Source: a virus (taxonomy: Duplodnaviria; Caudoviricetes). Taken from it: DNA of 64,000 bases. Positions 1 through 10,558 of the stretch are shown here, piece by piece. The notes under the pieces were generated by a model that made no database searches, was not told the origin of the DNA, and saw only the letters and a program-made list of their open reading frames with translations. Within the stretch, counting starts at the first letter, position 1; every line of letters begins with the position of its first letter. The stretch spans positions 1 to 64,000 of IMG/VR virus record IMGVR_UViG_3300021255_002723; one strand, written 5' to 3'. The translations under genes and the position numbers were made by a program.

Positions 1-724
1 CAGGTGCTGTGGTTAGACCTGTACAACCATTGAACATATAACCATAACAACCATCTGCTAATGTTGTAGCAGGTAACTCAGGTGCTGTAGTTAGACTTGT
101 ACAACCTCTGAACATATTATTGTAACAATTACTTGCTAAAGTTGTTGCGGGTAGCTGTGGCGCTGTTGTTAGACTTGTACACCTATAGAACATACTACTA
201 TAACACCAACTTGCCAATGTTGTGACAGGTAATGACATATTTTCAGCACTTGTTATTCCTGTACAACCACTGAATAAATTTTTAAATGCATAGTTCTTTC
301 CTGTTAAATCAGTTTGTTCTACAAAATCATCACCATAGAGCAATGACATCGGATTGCCTTCAATGTCGTAGTTTCCACTTGAACTAAAACGACCAATACC
401 CTTTGATGATGTTGGAGTTAAACCTCTTGCTTTCCACATAATCTTGTTACCAGCTGTAACAGTTGGAGTATTAGTGTTACTTGCAAGCGTTATCCATGTT
501 TCGCCATTATCAAGTGAATATTGCACTGTGTTGCCACTCAATTTAAATGTACCATCTTCTAATGCTTCAAATGTTAGATATTCTTGTGAATAGTCAGGTG
601 GCACAATTGGATTATAATGCACCTCGACCTCTTGAATACAATGGCTTACATTAGGCAAATTTAAATTTTGCCTTGCTTCTTCATACTCAGCATGATTTTT
701 AAAAAGTTTAATATATTTTCCCAT
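1..724 (-). CDS. BspA/LRR-like repeat protein (partial, runs off the left edge)
   Basis: Translated by hand from ATG 724: MGKYIKLFKNHAEYEEARQNL..., then 24-aa repeats MFxGCTSLTTAPELPATTLAxxCY. Not in the ORF track because it is truncated. Confidence 0.8.
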   Translation of the reverse strand, partial: MGKYIKLFKNHAEYEEARQNLNLPNVSHCIQEVEVHYNPIVPPDYSQEYLTFEALEDGTFKLSGNTVQYSLDNGETWITLASNTNTPTVTAGNKIMWKARGLTPTSSKGIGRFSSSGNYDIEGNPMSLLYGDDFVEQTDLTGKNYAFKNLFSGCTGITSAENMSLPVTTLASWCYSSMFYRCTSLTTAPQLPATTLASNCYNNMFRGCTSLTTAPELPATTLADGCYGYMFNGCTGLTTAP

Positions 725-1009
725 AATCTACTTATTTACTTTTATTTCTTCTTATTATTAATAATAAATATCATAAGAAAGACAAAATGAGATGCCTTTC
801 CTAAAAGGGTATCTAATTTTTATGTTATTGTATAAGTATACAAAAAATGGAACTTTGTGTCAACAAGTATATCGTTTCCTTAATTTTATATATAATAAAT
901 ATAACTAATTTTCAATAATTTGTTATAATATATATATTATAATATTATTATATAATAATATATAAAGAAAAGAAATATATAAAGAAAAGAAAAATTCGTT
1001 ATTCAATTT

Positions 1010-1041
1010 TTTGCTTTTTTAACTTTTTTTTTATATCTTTG
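1010..1041 (+). promoter_or_regulatory. Bacteroidota sigma70-type promoter (-33 TTTG / -7 TAnnTTTG)
   Basis: TTTG 1010-1013, 20-nt spacer, TATCTTTG 1034-1041, upstream of the ORF at 1067. Confidence 0.75.
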
Positions 1042-1066
1042 CATTGAAGTTAAAAAAGTTAAAATT

Positions 1067-1633
1067 ATGATTACAACAGAAACTAAAGAAAAAAATTTGA
1101 AATTATTCTTCAAAAAGCTTTCTCAACTAGGAATTGACACAGCTCGTCTTGAAGAAACTTATGGAACTGCAATTATGAACGGAAGTTTCACCAATTCTAA
1201 CGAATTTGGTAATGCTTACGAGGGTTCATTGCTTGAAATTGTATTAAAAACATTAACCCCATACGCAGTTAAATTGAATGAGCTTCTACCAGAAGACAAA
1301 AGGGTAGATAAAAACACATTGGTAAAAATCTGCTTGCTTCACCAAATTGCAAAAGCAATAAGACTTATACCAAACGATAATGCTTGGGAGGTAGAAAAAA
1401 GAGGATTCGTATATAAATACGATGGAGATTTACCATCAATCAGAACAGGACTCCACTCTCTTATAATGTGTCAAAACTGTGGAATTCAATTTACGGCAGA
1501 AGAAGCAGAAGCAATGACTGTGAACGATAGAGACTTGACAGATGACCAAGCAAGGTGGCATTCGAGCATAATGGCAACTATTGTAAGGCAAGCTAGCGAA
1601 TTAACTTATCTAACACTAAATGATAGAAAATAA
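1067..1633 (+). CDS. HD-domain-like protein (degenerate)
   Basis: CLLHQIAK resembles the HD motif LLHDIGK, with a downstream H and an 'xxQA' helix; the catalytic Asp is replaced. Confidence 0.45.
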   Translation: MITTETKEKNLKLFFKKLSQLGIDTARLEETYGTAIMNGSFTNSNEFGNAYEGSLLEIVLKTLTPYAVKLNELLPEDKRVDKNTLVKICLLHQIAKAIRLIPNDNAWEVEKRGFVYKYDGDLPSIRTGLHSLIMCQNCGIQFTAEEAEAMTVNDRDLTDDQARWHSSIMATIVRQASELTYLTLNDRK

Positions 1634-2286
1634 TGGCAGAATTTAATGATGATGAATTGTTCTTGTCATATGCTAAAAAGGCAATAGGACACGAGCCTCT
1701 GAATATAAAAATACAAAAATTAGATAAAAAGGCAGTTATTCCATCTTATGCTCATAAAGGTGATGTTGGTATGGACTTAACCGCAATTTCAGTAGAGTAT
1801 GACAGAGAAAAAGACATATACATATATCACACTGGTCTTGCAGTAGAAAGTGACGAACATTATGGCATTTTCCTTTTCCCAAGGAGTTCAAATAGGAAAA
1901 CTGATGCTTATTTGTGCAACCACGTTGGAATAGTTGACTCAGCAATATACAGAGGTGAAATAATGTTATGTTTTAAGAATAGGACATCGCTTGAAGTTAG
2001 GGAAGAGATTGAGAAAAGCAGATATTTAATTTCACGTTTGTCTTATGAGCCGTTTACAGTAAGTAATGGTGATGGAATAAGGTTTCAATGGCAAGATGTT
2101 GCAAGGGATGCAGAAAACGCAGGAAATTGGATTTATGACAATCCAATGGATTTCGCCCCATATCAAGTTGGGGATAGAGTGGCACAAATGGTAGTTTTGC
2201 CATACCCACAAGTTAATATTATAGAAACAGAAAATCTTTCAATCACAGAAAGAGGTTCTAAAGGTTTTGGTTCAACAGGAAATTAG
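1633..2286 (+). CDS. dut: dUTPase (trimeric) with an internal insertion
   Basis: Motifs GDVGMDL, PRSS, GIVDSAIYRGEI, GDRVAQ and ERGSKGFGSTG. Confidence 0.95.
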   Translation: MAEFNDDELFLSYAKKAIGHEPLNIKIQKLDKKAVIPSYAHKGDVGMDLTAISVEYDREKDIYIYHTGLAVESDEHYGIFLFPRSSNRKTDAYLCNHVGIVDSAIYRGEIMLCFKNRTSLEVREEIEKSRYLISRLSYEPFTVSNGDGIRFQWQDVARDAENAGNWIYDNPMDFAPYQVGDRVAQMVVLPYPQVNIIETENLSITERGSKGFGSTGN

Positions 2287-2288
2287 TT

Positions 2289-2813
2289 ATGAATATATTA
2301 GAAGTATTTTTTTGGTACTGTAAGTACATGGGGATAATGGGTCAAATATACAAAATATACCAAAATAAAAATTTTGGATATTGGAAATATGACTATATTT
2401 ACGGTTCACGATTTGAAAGGTGTGGCTTAAAAAATTTCTTACTAAAAGAATATAAAAATAGTAGTCTAAAAGATATGTTTTGGAGTATACAAAGATATTC
2501 AACGGAGTATGTCGTAAACAATGACGAAAAATACAAAAAGGCTCGTGCTCGTTGGAATGCATTTGTTAAAAACAATCTGATATATGACCCAAGTTTTATT
2601 AAAGAAGGAGAAAAAATAACTGTTTATGGTGTTGCATATACAGTCATCGGTTTCGGTGAATATGGATTAATAAAAGTTCAAAATGGCCATAATGGAAATA
2701 TTTTATACATATCTCCATTTGAAAATGGTTTACGTTTTGAACACTATGAAATCAGAGAACCTAAATTCCTAATTAAGAAAAATAGAAAAATATATGGGGC
2801 TGATAAAGAATAA
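2289..2813 (+). CDS. hypothetical protein
   Basis: 174-aa ORF tightly packed in the operon. Confidence 0.7.
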   Translation: MNILEVFFWYCKYMGIMGQIYKIYQNKNFGYWKYDYIYGSRFERCGLKNFLLKEYKNSSLKDMFWSIQRYSTEYVVNNDEKYKKARARWNAFVKNNLIYDPSFIKEGEKITVYGVAYTVIGFGEYGLIKVQNGHNGNILYISPFENGLRFEHYEIREPKFLIKKNRKIYGADKE

Positions 2814-3906
2814 AATGTATTACACATACACAGATGTTACAATATTACCAGGAGTGATAAGTGACATCGAACACAGAAAAGAATGTATTCCTCTAGATGA
2901 AAACGGAATGTTACCATTATTTACTGCTCCTATGGATACAGTAGTAAATGAGGCCAATTTCCAAATATTCAATGAGGAAATGATTTATGCCATTCTTCCT
3001 AGGACAATCAAACTAGAGACTAGAATTAATTACTCTATTAAAAATCGTTGGGCTGCATATTCGCTAACTGAATTTGAAGACGTATTTTGTAATACGTTAC
3101 AAAAATTGAATGAATCAAATGGTATCTGTGCACTTATAGATATTGCAAATGGCCATATGAAAAAGGTTTTAGATTTAATTAGAGCCGCAAAAAACATATA
3201 TGGTAAGAATATAACCATAATGGTAGGTAACATTGCAAATCCAAAAACATTCGCTAGATTGTCTGAGGCTGGTACTGATTTCATACGTTGTGGAATAGGA
3301 AGTGGTTGTGGTTGTCTATCAACAAGCAACACAGGAATTCATATGCCAATGGCTTCACTTATTGACGAAGTTGCAACCATTAAAAAAGAATTAAACCTTA
3401 ATGCTAAAATTATCGCAGATGGCGGCATAAGGAACTATTCTGACATTATAAAGGCAATTGCTCTAGGTGCTGATTATGTAATGGTTGGTAGTGTATTTGC
3501 CAAGATGCTTGAGTCAGCAGCAATAAAATTCCCAAATTCTGAGGATTGGTCAGAAAGACCGCTTGGAGTAGAGTTATCTGATTTAAGAGACGTACATAAA
3601 GAGGGCAATGCTTGGTATGGCTCATATAACCACGAAACATTTTACTTAGGTGACATCAGTCTTAAATTCTATGGAATGGCATCAAAACAAGGCCAAATAG
3701 CTTTAAGCGGTGCTAAAACAAAGACAAGTGAAGGGTTAATGAAAACTTTACAAGTTGAATATACAATGCATGGATGGTGTAACAATTTTGTAGATTACTT
3801 ACGGTCAGCAATGTCTTATGTTGGGTCAAAAACTTTAACTGATTTCAAACGAGACTCTGTAGTAATAATAAATTCACCAAATGCAGTTTCTGTTGTAAAT
3901 AAATAA
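2794..3906 (+). CDS. IMP dehydrogenase / GMP reductase family protein
   Basis: TAPMDTV, IDIANGH, GIGSGCGC catalytic loop, IIADGGI, FYGMAS, LRSAMSYVG. Confidence 0.9.
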   Translation: MGLIKNKMYYTYTDVTILPGVISDIEHRKECIPLDENGMLPLFTAPMDTVVNEANFQIFNEEMIYAILPRTIKLETRINYSIKNRWAAYSLTEFEDVFCNTLQKLNESNGICALIDIANGHMKKVLDLIRAAKNIYGKNITIMVGNIANPKTFARLSEAGTDFIRCGIGSGCGCLSTSNTGIHMPMASLIDEVATIKKELNLNAKIIADGGIRNYSDIIKAIALGADYVMVGSVFAKMLESAAIKFPNSEDWSERPLGVELSDLRDVHKEGNAWYGSYNHETFYLGDISLKFYGMASKQGQIALSGAKTKTSEGLMKTLQVEYTMHGWCNNFVDYLRSAMSYVGSKTLTDFKRDSVVIINSPNAVSVVNK

Positions 3907-3940
3907 GTGATTAAGAGTTGATTCTTAATCACTTTTTTTT
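3905..3940 (+). terminator. intrinsic terminator
   Basis: aagtgattaaga-gttgat-tcttaatcactt hairpin followed by a T tract. Confidence 0.75.
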
Positions 3941-3955
3941 ATTTTTTAATAAAAA

Positions 3956-4651
3956 ATGGAAAATAGTATTTCAGTTGTATTTTGTTCTAAGAAAAAAGGC
4001 GATGAGAACAAAGATTTTATAGAGCATATTAAAGACACATGTGATTGTGATGCTCATGTTGTATATATACATAATCCAGATGGCGTGTCACTTTCAAAGA
4101 TATATGCTGATATGGTTGTATCAAAGGAAATTGATACAAACATAATTGTGTTCATACATGATGATATTGAATTTTTAAGGAAAGGTTGGGGAAAAGAAAT
4201 ATTAAGGCTTTTCAATGAACACGAAGATTACGGAATTATCGGAGTCGCTGGCTCTGCACAATTTGATGAAAAAGGAGCATGGTGGAACTATGATAAAAAA
4301 TATGGACAAGTTCTACATAGAAGTGAAGGAAAATCTTGGCTTACAGCATTTTCGCCATTGCTAGATAAAGACCTTCAAGATGTTGTAATAATTGATGGTT
4401 TGTTTATGGGAGTTCATAAACAGAGAATTGCTGAGAATTTCAGTAGAGAACTACAATTTTTTGACATGTATGATGTATATTTTTGTCTAGCCAACTTTTT
4501 ATCTAAAAAATGTAAGATTGGAGTAACTACTAATATTAGGTTAGCACATAATTCTATAGGAAAATTAAAAGATAGCTGGTATAAAAATAGAGAAATAATT
4601 ATTGAAAAATTTGGAAGATATTTTCCAATAGATATAGAAAAAAAGAAATAA
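3956..4651 (+). CDS. glycosyltransferase-like protein (GT-A/GT2-like)
   Basis: VFIHDDIEF (DxD-like), GIIGVAG, IIDGLFM, FDMYDV, and H-x-S-x-G near the C-terminus. Confidence 0.75.
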   Translation: MENSISVVFCSKKKGDENKDFIEHIKDTCDCDAHVVYIHNPDGVSLSKIYADMVVSKEIDTNIIVFIHDDIEFLRKGWGKEILRLFNEHEDYGIIGVAGSAQFDEKGAWWNYDKKYGQVLHRSEGKSWLTAFSPLLDKDLQDVVIIDGLFMGVHKQRIAENFSRELQFFDMYDVYFCLANFLSKKCKIGVTTNIRLAHNSIGKLKDSWYKNREIIIEKFGRYFPIDIEKKK

Positions 4652-4671
4652 TTGGTACAATTTTTGCTGTA

Positions 4672-4923
4672 ATGAATAAAGATAAATTAAAAACAATGAA
4701 AATTGACAAACTTGCAAGTTTGTATGGCGTTATTAATGAATTATGCGCTGACTATTCTAGAATGACAGATGGATATTCTTTGGCTACTGGCGATAAAATG
4801 TTTGAAACAATACCAAATGATATTAAAAATATGATAGACGAGAGACAAAAGTTTTTCTCTTACAGAAATGTAGTTAAAGAAATCCTTAAAGATAAAATAA
4901 TTAAAATCATGGAAAATGAATAA
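4672..4923 (+). CDS. hypothetical protein
   Basis: 83-aa ORF in the operon. Confidence 0.7.
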   Translation: MNKDKLKTMKIDKLASLYGVINELCADYSRMTDGYSLATGDKMFETIPNDIKNMIDERQKFFSYRNVVKEILKDKIIKIMENE

Positions 4924-5896
4924 AGTAAAAAAATTTTTTCTTAAACTCTTCTATGGTTTGCCATTCGGTCTTAAAGGTGCTGACACTGAAATCATGGGAA
5001 GTGGAAGCAAAGACGAAAATGGTACTACGATAGGACAAGAAGTATCTGACGAAAGGGTGGCAAAGCATCTTTTAAAAGGAGAGGTGACGCAAGAAGTAGA
5101 GGAACTTAGATATAGGACATACAAGGTTGCGAATGAAGCTGAGAATTACGAATATTTGGGAAATGGTGTTGCGATTAAAAACGAAGTTAAACCAAGGAAG
5201 GACAGAACGAAATACAAGTTTACCCAAGAGAACGAAAACTTATGTGAATCTGTATTGGATGCATTGAAACAAGTCGGCAACTATGGAATGGAAAAATACA
5301 GGTTTGAAATCGAATATACAGAGTTCATTAGATTTAAGGTTGAAAAATATGCAACCAAGATTGACGTTAACATAGACGATGATAACGGAATCGTAGAGAC
5401 TACCTTACATTTCGACACAGAGCCTAACCCTTACGATGCAGTTTCGAAGCCATTCATCAATGAATTGGAAAAAATAGCAACAGCTAAAAACGAGCATGAA
5501 ATAGCTAGGAATGAAATTGCGTCATCCATCAAGAGCATTTCATTTGCCACATACAAAGCTTCAAATGAAGATGACTTGGTAACTTACAGTTTCAGCAACG
5601 GAAAGTTCAAATCCTTTGAAAAGAAGGGGTATGAATATCTGATGACTTATTCATGGGATGAATATGTAAGACTTCCTCTTAGCCTAGAAAGCAAATATTA
5701 TTCCGCATCAATGGCCGAAAAGTACAAGAACAAAGAAAGGAAAAACACCCTTGTTTCGATGGCGGAAAGTAAAAGGAAAAAGTATTGCTCAGTGTGTGGA
5801 AAGGAAATATCAGTGTATGATGCTGACATACAAGAGGCTGATGGACATGAACCAGTATGCAAAGAATGTATGCGAAAAGCATTTAATAAACAATAA
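4916..5896 (+). CDS. hypothetical protein with C-terminal zinc ribbon
   Basis: CSVCG...VCKEC at the C-terminus. Confidence 0.7.
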   Translation: MNKVKKFFLKLFYGLPFGLKGADTEIMGSGSKDENGTTIGQEVSDERVAKHLLKGEVTQEVEELRYRTYKVANEAENYEYLGNGVAIKNEVKPRKDRTKYKFTQENENLCESVLDALKQVGNYGMEKYRFEIEYTEFIRFKVEKYATKIDVNIDDDNGIVETTLHFDTEPNPYDAVSKPFINELEKIATAKNEHEIARNEIASSIKSISFATYKASNEDDLVTYSFSNGKFKSFEKKGYEYLMTYSWDEYVRLPLSLESKYYSASMAEKYKNKERKNTLVSMAESKRKKYCSVCGKEISVYDADIQEADGHEPVCKECMRKAFNKQ

Positions 5897-5914
5897 AAAA
5901 CATTATATAATTAT

Positions 5915-6514
5915 ATGATAACAATTGGAATTGAATTAAATCATGTCATAAGAAATATTAACAGGCAAATTGTTAAATACTATTCAAAGGAATATGACCC
6001 ATCAACTGACATTGATGAGATTGATGATAAGGAAGATGTGTTAGAAACATACGCCAAGTTTAAGAGCACATACGATAAGAACAACTTTCTGTTTATAGAC
6101 TATCCTTATGAAATATTTGGATGCGCGAATACAATGGAAAAGAAACTGTCAACCAAAATAACCAACTGGTTAACTGAAATTTCAAACATTGAAGACAAGG
6201 ACATCAGAATAATATTCTACAGCTTGAATGAAGAGGCGCTTACCATTCAGTCAACTTTCTTCTTTTTAAGCAAAATTGGAACTAGGGTGAGAAAAGTAAT
6301 ATTCCCTAAGAGCATAGATGAAGTGTGGGATGAATGTGATGCCATAATAACTGCAAGGAATGAATTCTTTGAAAAGGGCATCCCAGATGGTAAGAAAGTT
6401 GTTCTAATCAACAGACCATTCAATAAGGAATTTAAAGACAAAGCCATTTTGAATTATGATAATTTAAGTGACTTAATTGATGATAAAAACTTTTTTAATG
6501 AAATTACAAAATGA
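5915..6514 (+). CDS. HAD-fold 5'(3')-deoxyribonucleotidase-like protein (degenerate)
   Basis: ITIGIELNHVIRN parallels IGIDxDGVLR; C-terminal LINRPFN. Confidence 0.55.
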   Translation: MITIGIELNHVIRNINRQIVKYYSKEYDPSTDIDEIDDKEDVLETYAKFKSTYDKNNFLFIDYPYEIFGCANTMEKKLSTKITNWLTEISNIEDKDIRIIFYSLNEEALTIQSTFFFLSKIGTRVRKVIFPKSIDEVWDECDAIITARNEFFEKGIPDGKKVVLINRPFNKEFKDKAILNYDNLSDLIDDKNFFNEITK

Positions 6515-6849
6515 ATGAAAGCATGACATTAATTTTCGACATTAACAAAATCACCGACTTTGTTTTTGGAAATCCAAACGACAGAACAAATGAGGTAGAG
6601 ATAACGGAGTCTTTCGTGTTTGACAAGAAATTGGATAAGATGATTCCAAACACAAAGGAAGTTAAGGAAGTAAAGGTTAATGACTATACTGGCCAAAACA
6701 CTATCCGTTATGACATGGTTAAAACGTTCATAGACATTCTAGACGCAGTTGAAGACACAAATGCAATGACTCTAGGACAGAAGATAACATATAACACAAT
6801 GCAAGCTTACGAACTAATAAAAGACATTAAAAACAACGATAATGAGTAA
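6511..6849 (+). CDS. hypothetical protein
   Basis: 112-aa ORF overlapping its neighbours. Confidence 0.7.
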   Translation: MNESMTLIFDINKITDFVFGNPNDRTNEVEITESFVFDKKLDKMIPNTKEVKEVKVNDYTGQNTIRYDMVKTFIDILDAVEDTNAMTLGQKITYNTMQAYELIKDIKNNDNE

Positions 6850-7577
6850 TGAAAAAGAAAACTAGTGAACAATTTATAGAAGAAGCTAAAAAAGTTCATG
6901 GTGATAGATATGACTATTCGAAAGTAAGTTACAATACTAACAAAATTGAAGTTTGTATTATATGCCCAATTCACGGTGAGTTTTGGCAACGTCCAGACAG
7001 ACATTTGTTCGGTCAAGGATGCCCTATTTGTAGATATATTAAATCTGCGAACTCAAATAGGAAGGGAAATGAAAATTTTATTATAGATGCTAAAAAAATT
7101 CATGGTGATAAATACAATTATTCCAAAGTAAAATATATAAATAATAAAACAAAGGTTTGTATTATATGCCCAAAACACGGTGAATTTTGGCAAAAACCAA
7201 TCAGTCATATAAATAAGCATCAAGGATGTCCTATCTGCGATGAATCACATTTAGAAAAAGACATTAGAATGTTTTTAACAAATGAAAATGAAGAGTTTAT
7301 ACAAGAATACAAACCAAAATGGTTAAAATTACAAAGTTTAGATTTCTATTTACCAAAACATAATATTGCAATTGAATGCCAAGGAAAACAGCATTTTGGT
7401 TTTGGCGGTTGGATTAGTAAAGACTTTAAAATTATTAAAGAAAGAGACGAGCGTAAAAGAAAACTTTGTGAAGAAAATGGAGTTAAACTTTTATATTACA
7501 GTAATTTAGGAATTAAATACCCATATAAAGTATATGAAAATAAAAATGAAATTTTAAATAAAATAAGATATGAGTGA
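6849..7577 (+). CDS. putative homing endonuclease (two zinc-ribbon repeats plus PD-(D/E)xK/Vsr-like domain)
   Basis: Two repeats FI..AKK.HGD.Y.YSKV.Y......VCIICP.HGEFWQ.P..H...QGCPIC, then LDFYLP...IAIECQGKQH. Confidence 0.8.
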   Translation: MKKKTSEQFIEEAKKVHGDRYDYSKVSYNTNKIEVCIICPIHGEFWQRPDRHLFGQGCPICRYIKSANSNRKGNENFIIDAKKIHGDKYNYSKVKYINNKTKVCIICPKHGEFWQKPISHINKHQGCPICDESHLEKDIRMFLTNENEEFIQEYKPKWLKLQSLDFYLPKHNIAIECQGKQHFGFGGWISKDFKIIKERDERKRKLCEENGVKLLYYSNLGIKYPYKVYENKNEILNKIRYE

Positions 7578-8658
7578 AAAAGATTTAAAAATAATTGAGA
7601 ATATCAATAAAGAAATCTCAAAAATAAATAAGAAAGAAAATAGAATATACTTTTTTGTGATTGACACAAAAGGCGTTAGTTCTGGCTCATTGGAGTACAT
7701 TTATAAACTAGCAATGATTCTAAAGGATGAAGGATATGATGTAAGTATGCTACACACTGAAGATGAGTTTGTCGGAGTCGGTGAATGGCTGGGAGAAGCC
7801 TATGCTGCTTTACCACACTATAACGTAAACAAAGATGAAACTGGTACATCACCTTCAGATTTGTTGTTTATTCCAGAAATTTTTTCACAAGTTATGAATC
7901 AGACAAAGACTCTTCCTTGCAAGAGGGTTGCCATCCTTCAAAACTACAACTATGTCGTTGAGCAGATGCCATATGCTGCACAATGGGGAGATTTCGGAAT
8001 CATGGAGGGCATAACAAACTCAAAATACCAAGCTGCCGAGTTAAATGAGTCATTCCCATATGTAAAGCTTACAAAGGTTACTCCTTTCATTTCAAAGGTA
8101 TTTGGTACAACAAATGAGCCTAAAAAAATGGTTATAAATATTGTTGCGAAAGACCAGTCAGATATAAAGAAGGTTGTAAAGCCATTCTATTGGAAGTACC
8201 CAATGTTTAAGTGGGTGTCATTTAAAGAGCTTAGAAACTTACCAAAGACTGACTTTGCAAAGGAATTGCGTGAGAACGCTGTAACCATCGTCATAGACGA
8301 AGATGCAAGTTTCTGCTATTCAGCACTAGAGGCGATGAAGAGTGGGGCAATCACTATGTGCAAAGTTCCTAATACTACTTTGGACTGGGCTGATTCAGAG
8401 GACGGAGTTTTGCCAAACTGCTGTGTGTGGTTTAACGACTATGACACGTTACACAAGCAAATTGCAAGCGTTGTCCGTTCTTGGATTACTGATAAAGTTC
8501 CAACTGTGTTGACAGAAGAAGCTAAGAAGGTTTGTGAGCAGTTTACAGAAAACAAGACCAAAGAACAACTATTAACATTTGTTTCTTCAGTGCTAGACAA
8601 AAGAAAGAAGGAAATGGAAGACCTAATAACGCAAATTAAAAACAAAAAGGAAGAGTAA
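7570..8658 (+). CDS. glycosyltransferase (GT-B-like)
   Basis: SSGSLEYIY N-terminal loop, FIPE, and a DEDASFCYSALEAMKSG variant of the ExFG..xxEAM motif. Confidence 0.7.
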   Translation: MSEKDLKIIENINKEISKINKKENRIYFFVIDTKGVSSGSLEYIYKLAMILKDEGYDVSMLHTEDEFVGVGEWLGEAYAALPHYNVNKDETGTSPSDLLFIPEIFSQVMNQTKTLPCKRVAILQNYNYVVEQMPYAAQWGDFGIMEGITNSKYQAAELNESFPYVKLTKVTPFISKVFGTTNEPKKMVINIVAKDQSDIKKVVKPFYWKYPMFKWVSFKELRNLPKTDFAKELRENAVTIVIDEDASFCYSALEAMKSGAITMCKVPNTTLDWADSEDGVLPNCCVWFNDYDTLHKQIASVVRSWITDKVPTVLTEEAKKVCEQFTENKTKEQLLTFVSSVLDKRKKEMEDLITQIKNKKEE

Positions 8659-8771
8659 TTGTTGTGAAATGATTGAAAAGAAATTTAAAAATCCTGACAG
8701 AAATGACAAGGAAATCAAAGACGAAAGTCTTGACAGATTTTATAAAATAATTGAAGATAAAAAGAAACAGA

Positions 8772-9548
8772 ATGAAGGAACTAGTAGTGATAATACCAAT
8801 GCATGAATTTGGTAAAGAAAATATTGAGTTGTTAAATAAAGCCGTTGATTCAGTACCAAACGAAATCAATGTATTACTTTCAGTACCAAAGGGCATTGAT
8901 GGGAAGAAATTGAAGGGAATCAGTGACAGACTTGGTGTTATATCTGAATCAGAAGGTAGTTCTTTTGCTGAACTTGTAAACGCTGCCGTTGATAATATTG
9001 AAGAGAAGTGGTTCTCAATTCTTGAGTTCGATGATACATATACACCTATTTGGTTTGATAACGTCAAGAAATATATGGAATATATGCCAGAGGTAAGCGT
9101 GTTCATGCCTTTGGAAGATGTAGTTGATTTCAACAACTCAAAATATATTGGATTCGGAAATGAAGCAGCATGGGCATCTTCATTCTCAAACGAAATCGGT
9201 TACATTGACAATGAATGTCTTCAGAACTATTTTGATTTCTACCTAACAGGTAGTATTTTCAACACTGCCGATTGGAAAGAAATCGGAGGACTGAAACCAT
9301 CCATCAAAGTAACGTTTTGGTACGAATTCCTTCTTCGCCTAACAAATAAGTCAAAGAAAGTGTATGTAATTCCAAAGGTGGGATATATACACGCACTAGG
9401 AAGAAAGGGTTCTTTGATTGAAACTTATAAGAGCACGATGTCAAAGGAAGAAACACAATGGTGGTTCGACCTTGCAAAACGTGAATATTACTTTAAGGAA
9501 GACAGAAAGAAGGAATATAAGAAAACAGAAGATAATACCGAAGAATAA
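8772..9548 (+). CDS. glycosyltransferase family 2-like protein
   Basis: LVVIIPMH, KAVDSV, VNAAV, ILEFDD, WKEIGGL; likely start MKELVV at 8772. Confidence 0.75.
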   Translation: MKELVVIIPMHEFGKENIELLNKAVDSVPNEINVLLSVPKGIDGKKLKGISDRLGVISESEGSSFAELVNAAVDNIEEKWFSILEFDDTYTPIWFDNVKKYMEYMPEVSVFMPLEDVVDFNNSKYIGFGNEAAWASSFSNEIGYIDNECLQNYFDFYLTGSIFNTADWKEIGGLKPSIKVTFWYEFLLRLTNKSKKVYVIPKVGYIHALGRKGSLIETYKSTMSKEETQWWFDLAKREYYFKEDRKKEYKKTEDNTEE

Positions 9549-9560
9549 ATTAGTTATTGA

Positions 9561-9597
9561 AAAATGGCATTAATCTTTTATGGTTAGTGCCATTTTA
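9561..9597 (+). terminator. intrinsic terminator
   Basis: aaaatggcattaa...ttagtgccatttt hairpin. Confidence 0.65.
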
Positions 9598-9745
9598 AAT
9601 GCATCAAAACGGCAGCACAAAGATTTTCTCTTGAAAATGTGAAAGAAAGTGTGTTGAAAATACGCAGATTTGCCTTTGATAAAATATTTAGTAATAAAAT
9701 AATAACTAATCAAGGGATATTTCCTAAATATAAATATCATTAGTC

Positions 9746-10522
9746 ATGTCAGAAATTTGCGTAACCGAAGAAAAAGTTAAGAAAAAAAGAGGTAGAAAAC
9801 CTTCCAAGGAAAGGAAGGGCTACTTCTACGAAGAACAAGAACAAGCTGTTGTGGATTACATTTCAACTGACGATGAGAAGGTTAAGAACAGAATCTTCAA
9901 TGCTACGTTGAAGCCAGCATTTACTAAAATGATAGAATCAATCATCAGAAGATATAATTTATATCCGCCTGACGAAGAATTCAAAGAGACATTCGATGAT
10001 ACAATATCATTTTTAATGACAAAGTTGTCTTGTTTCGACCCCACCACGAATTATAAAGCATATTCATACTGCGGAACAATTTGCAAAAACTACCTCATCT
10101 ACAAAATCAACCAATTTTCCAAAAATCAGAAAAGAAACCTATCGTATGACTCACCTTATGAGTCAAGCATTCAAAGTGACATTAATGACAGTGTAAGGTA
10201 TTCTTATGATGAAAGTGACCCAAGGAAAACGTTTTTATCAGAGCTTACTTGCAATACCGTAACCAACATTGAAAAGATATTGTCTGAGAAGGACAAGATG
10301 AAACTAAACGAAAATGAAATAAAGGTTGGTCAAGCATTGGTCAACCTAATGAAAAACTGGGATGAACTTTTTGCCCAAATGGGTAGTAATAAGTTTAACA
10401 AAAGTTCTATTTTATTGTTTTTAAAAGAAACCACCATGTTAAACACAAAAGAAATCAGGGATGCCATCAGAGTTTACAAAAAAAGATATTATGATGTTAA
10501 ATGGAAACTAATCAATGAATAA
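9746..10522 (+). CDS. phage sigma-like late transcription factor (T4 gp55-like)
   Basis: FDPTTNYKAYSYCGTICKNYL resembles the sigma region-2 segment of gp55-like proteins (FDP...xFAYFTQI..N); it precedes structural genes. Confidence 0.6.
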   Translation: MSEICVTEEKVKKKRGRKPSKERKGYFYEEQEQAVVDYISTDDEKVKNRIFNATLKPAFTKMIESIIRRYNLYPPDEEFKETFDDTISFLMTKLSCFDPTTNYKAYSYCGTICKNYLIYKINQFSKNQKRNLSYDSPYESSIQSDINDSVRYSYDESDPRKTFLSELTCNTVTNIEKILSEKDKMKLNENEIKVGQALVNLMKNWDELFAQMGSNKFNKSSILLFLKETTMLNTKEIRDAIRVYKKRYYDVKWKLINE

Positions 10523-10558
10523 ATGGAAATTATAATATTTATAAACAAAGATTAGACT

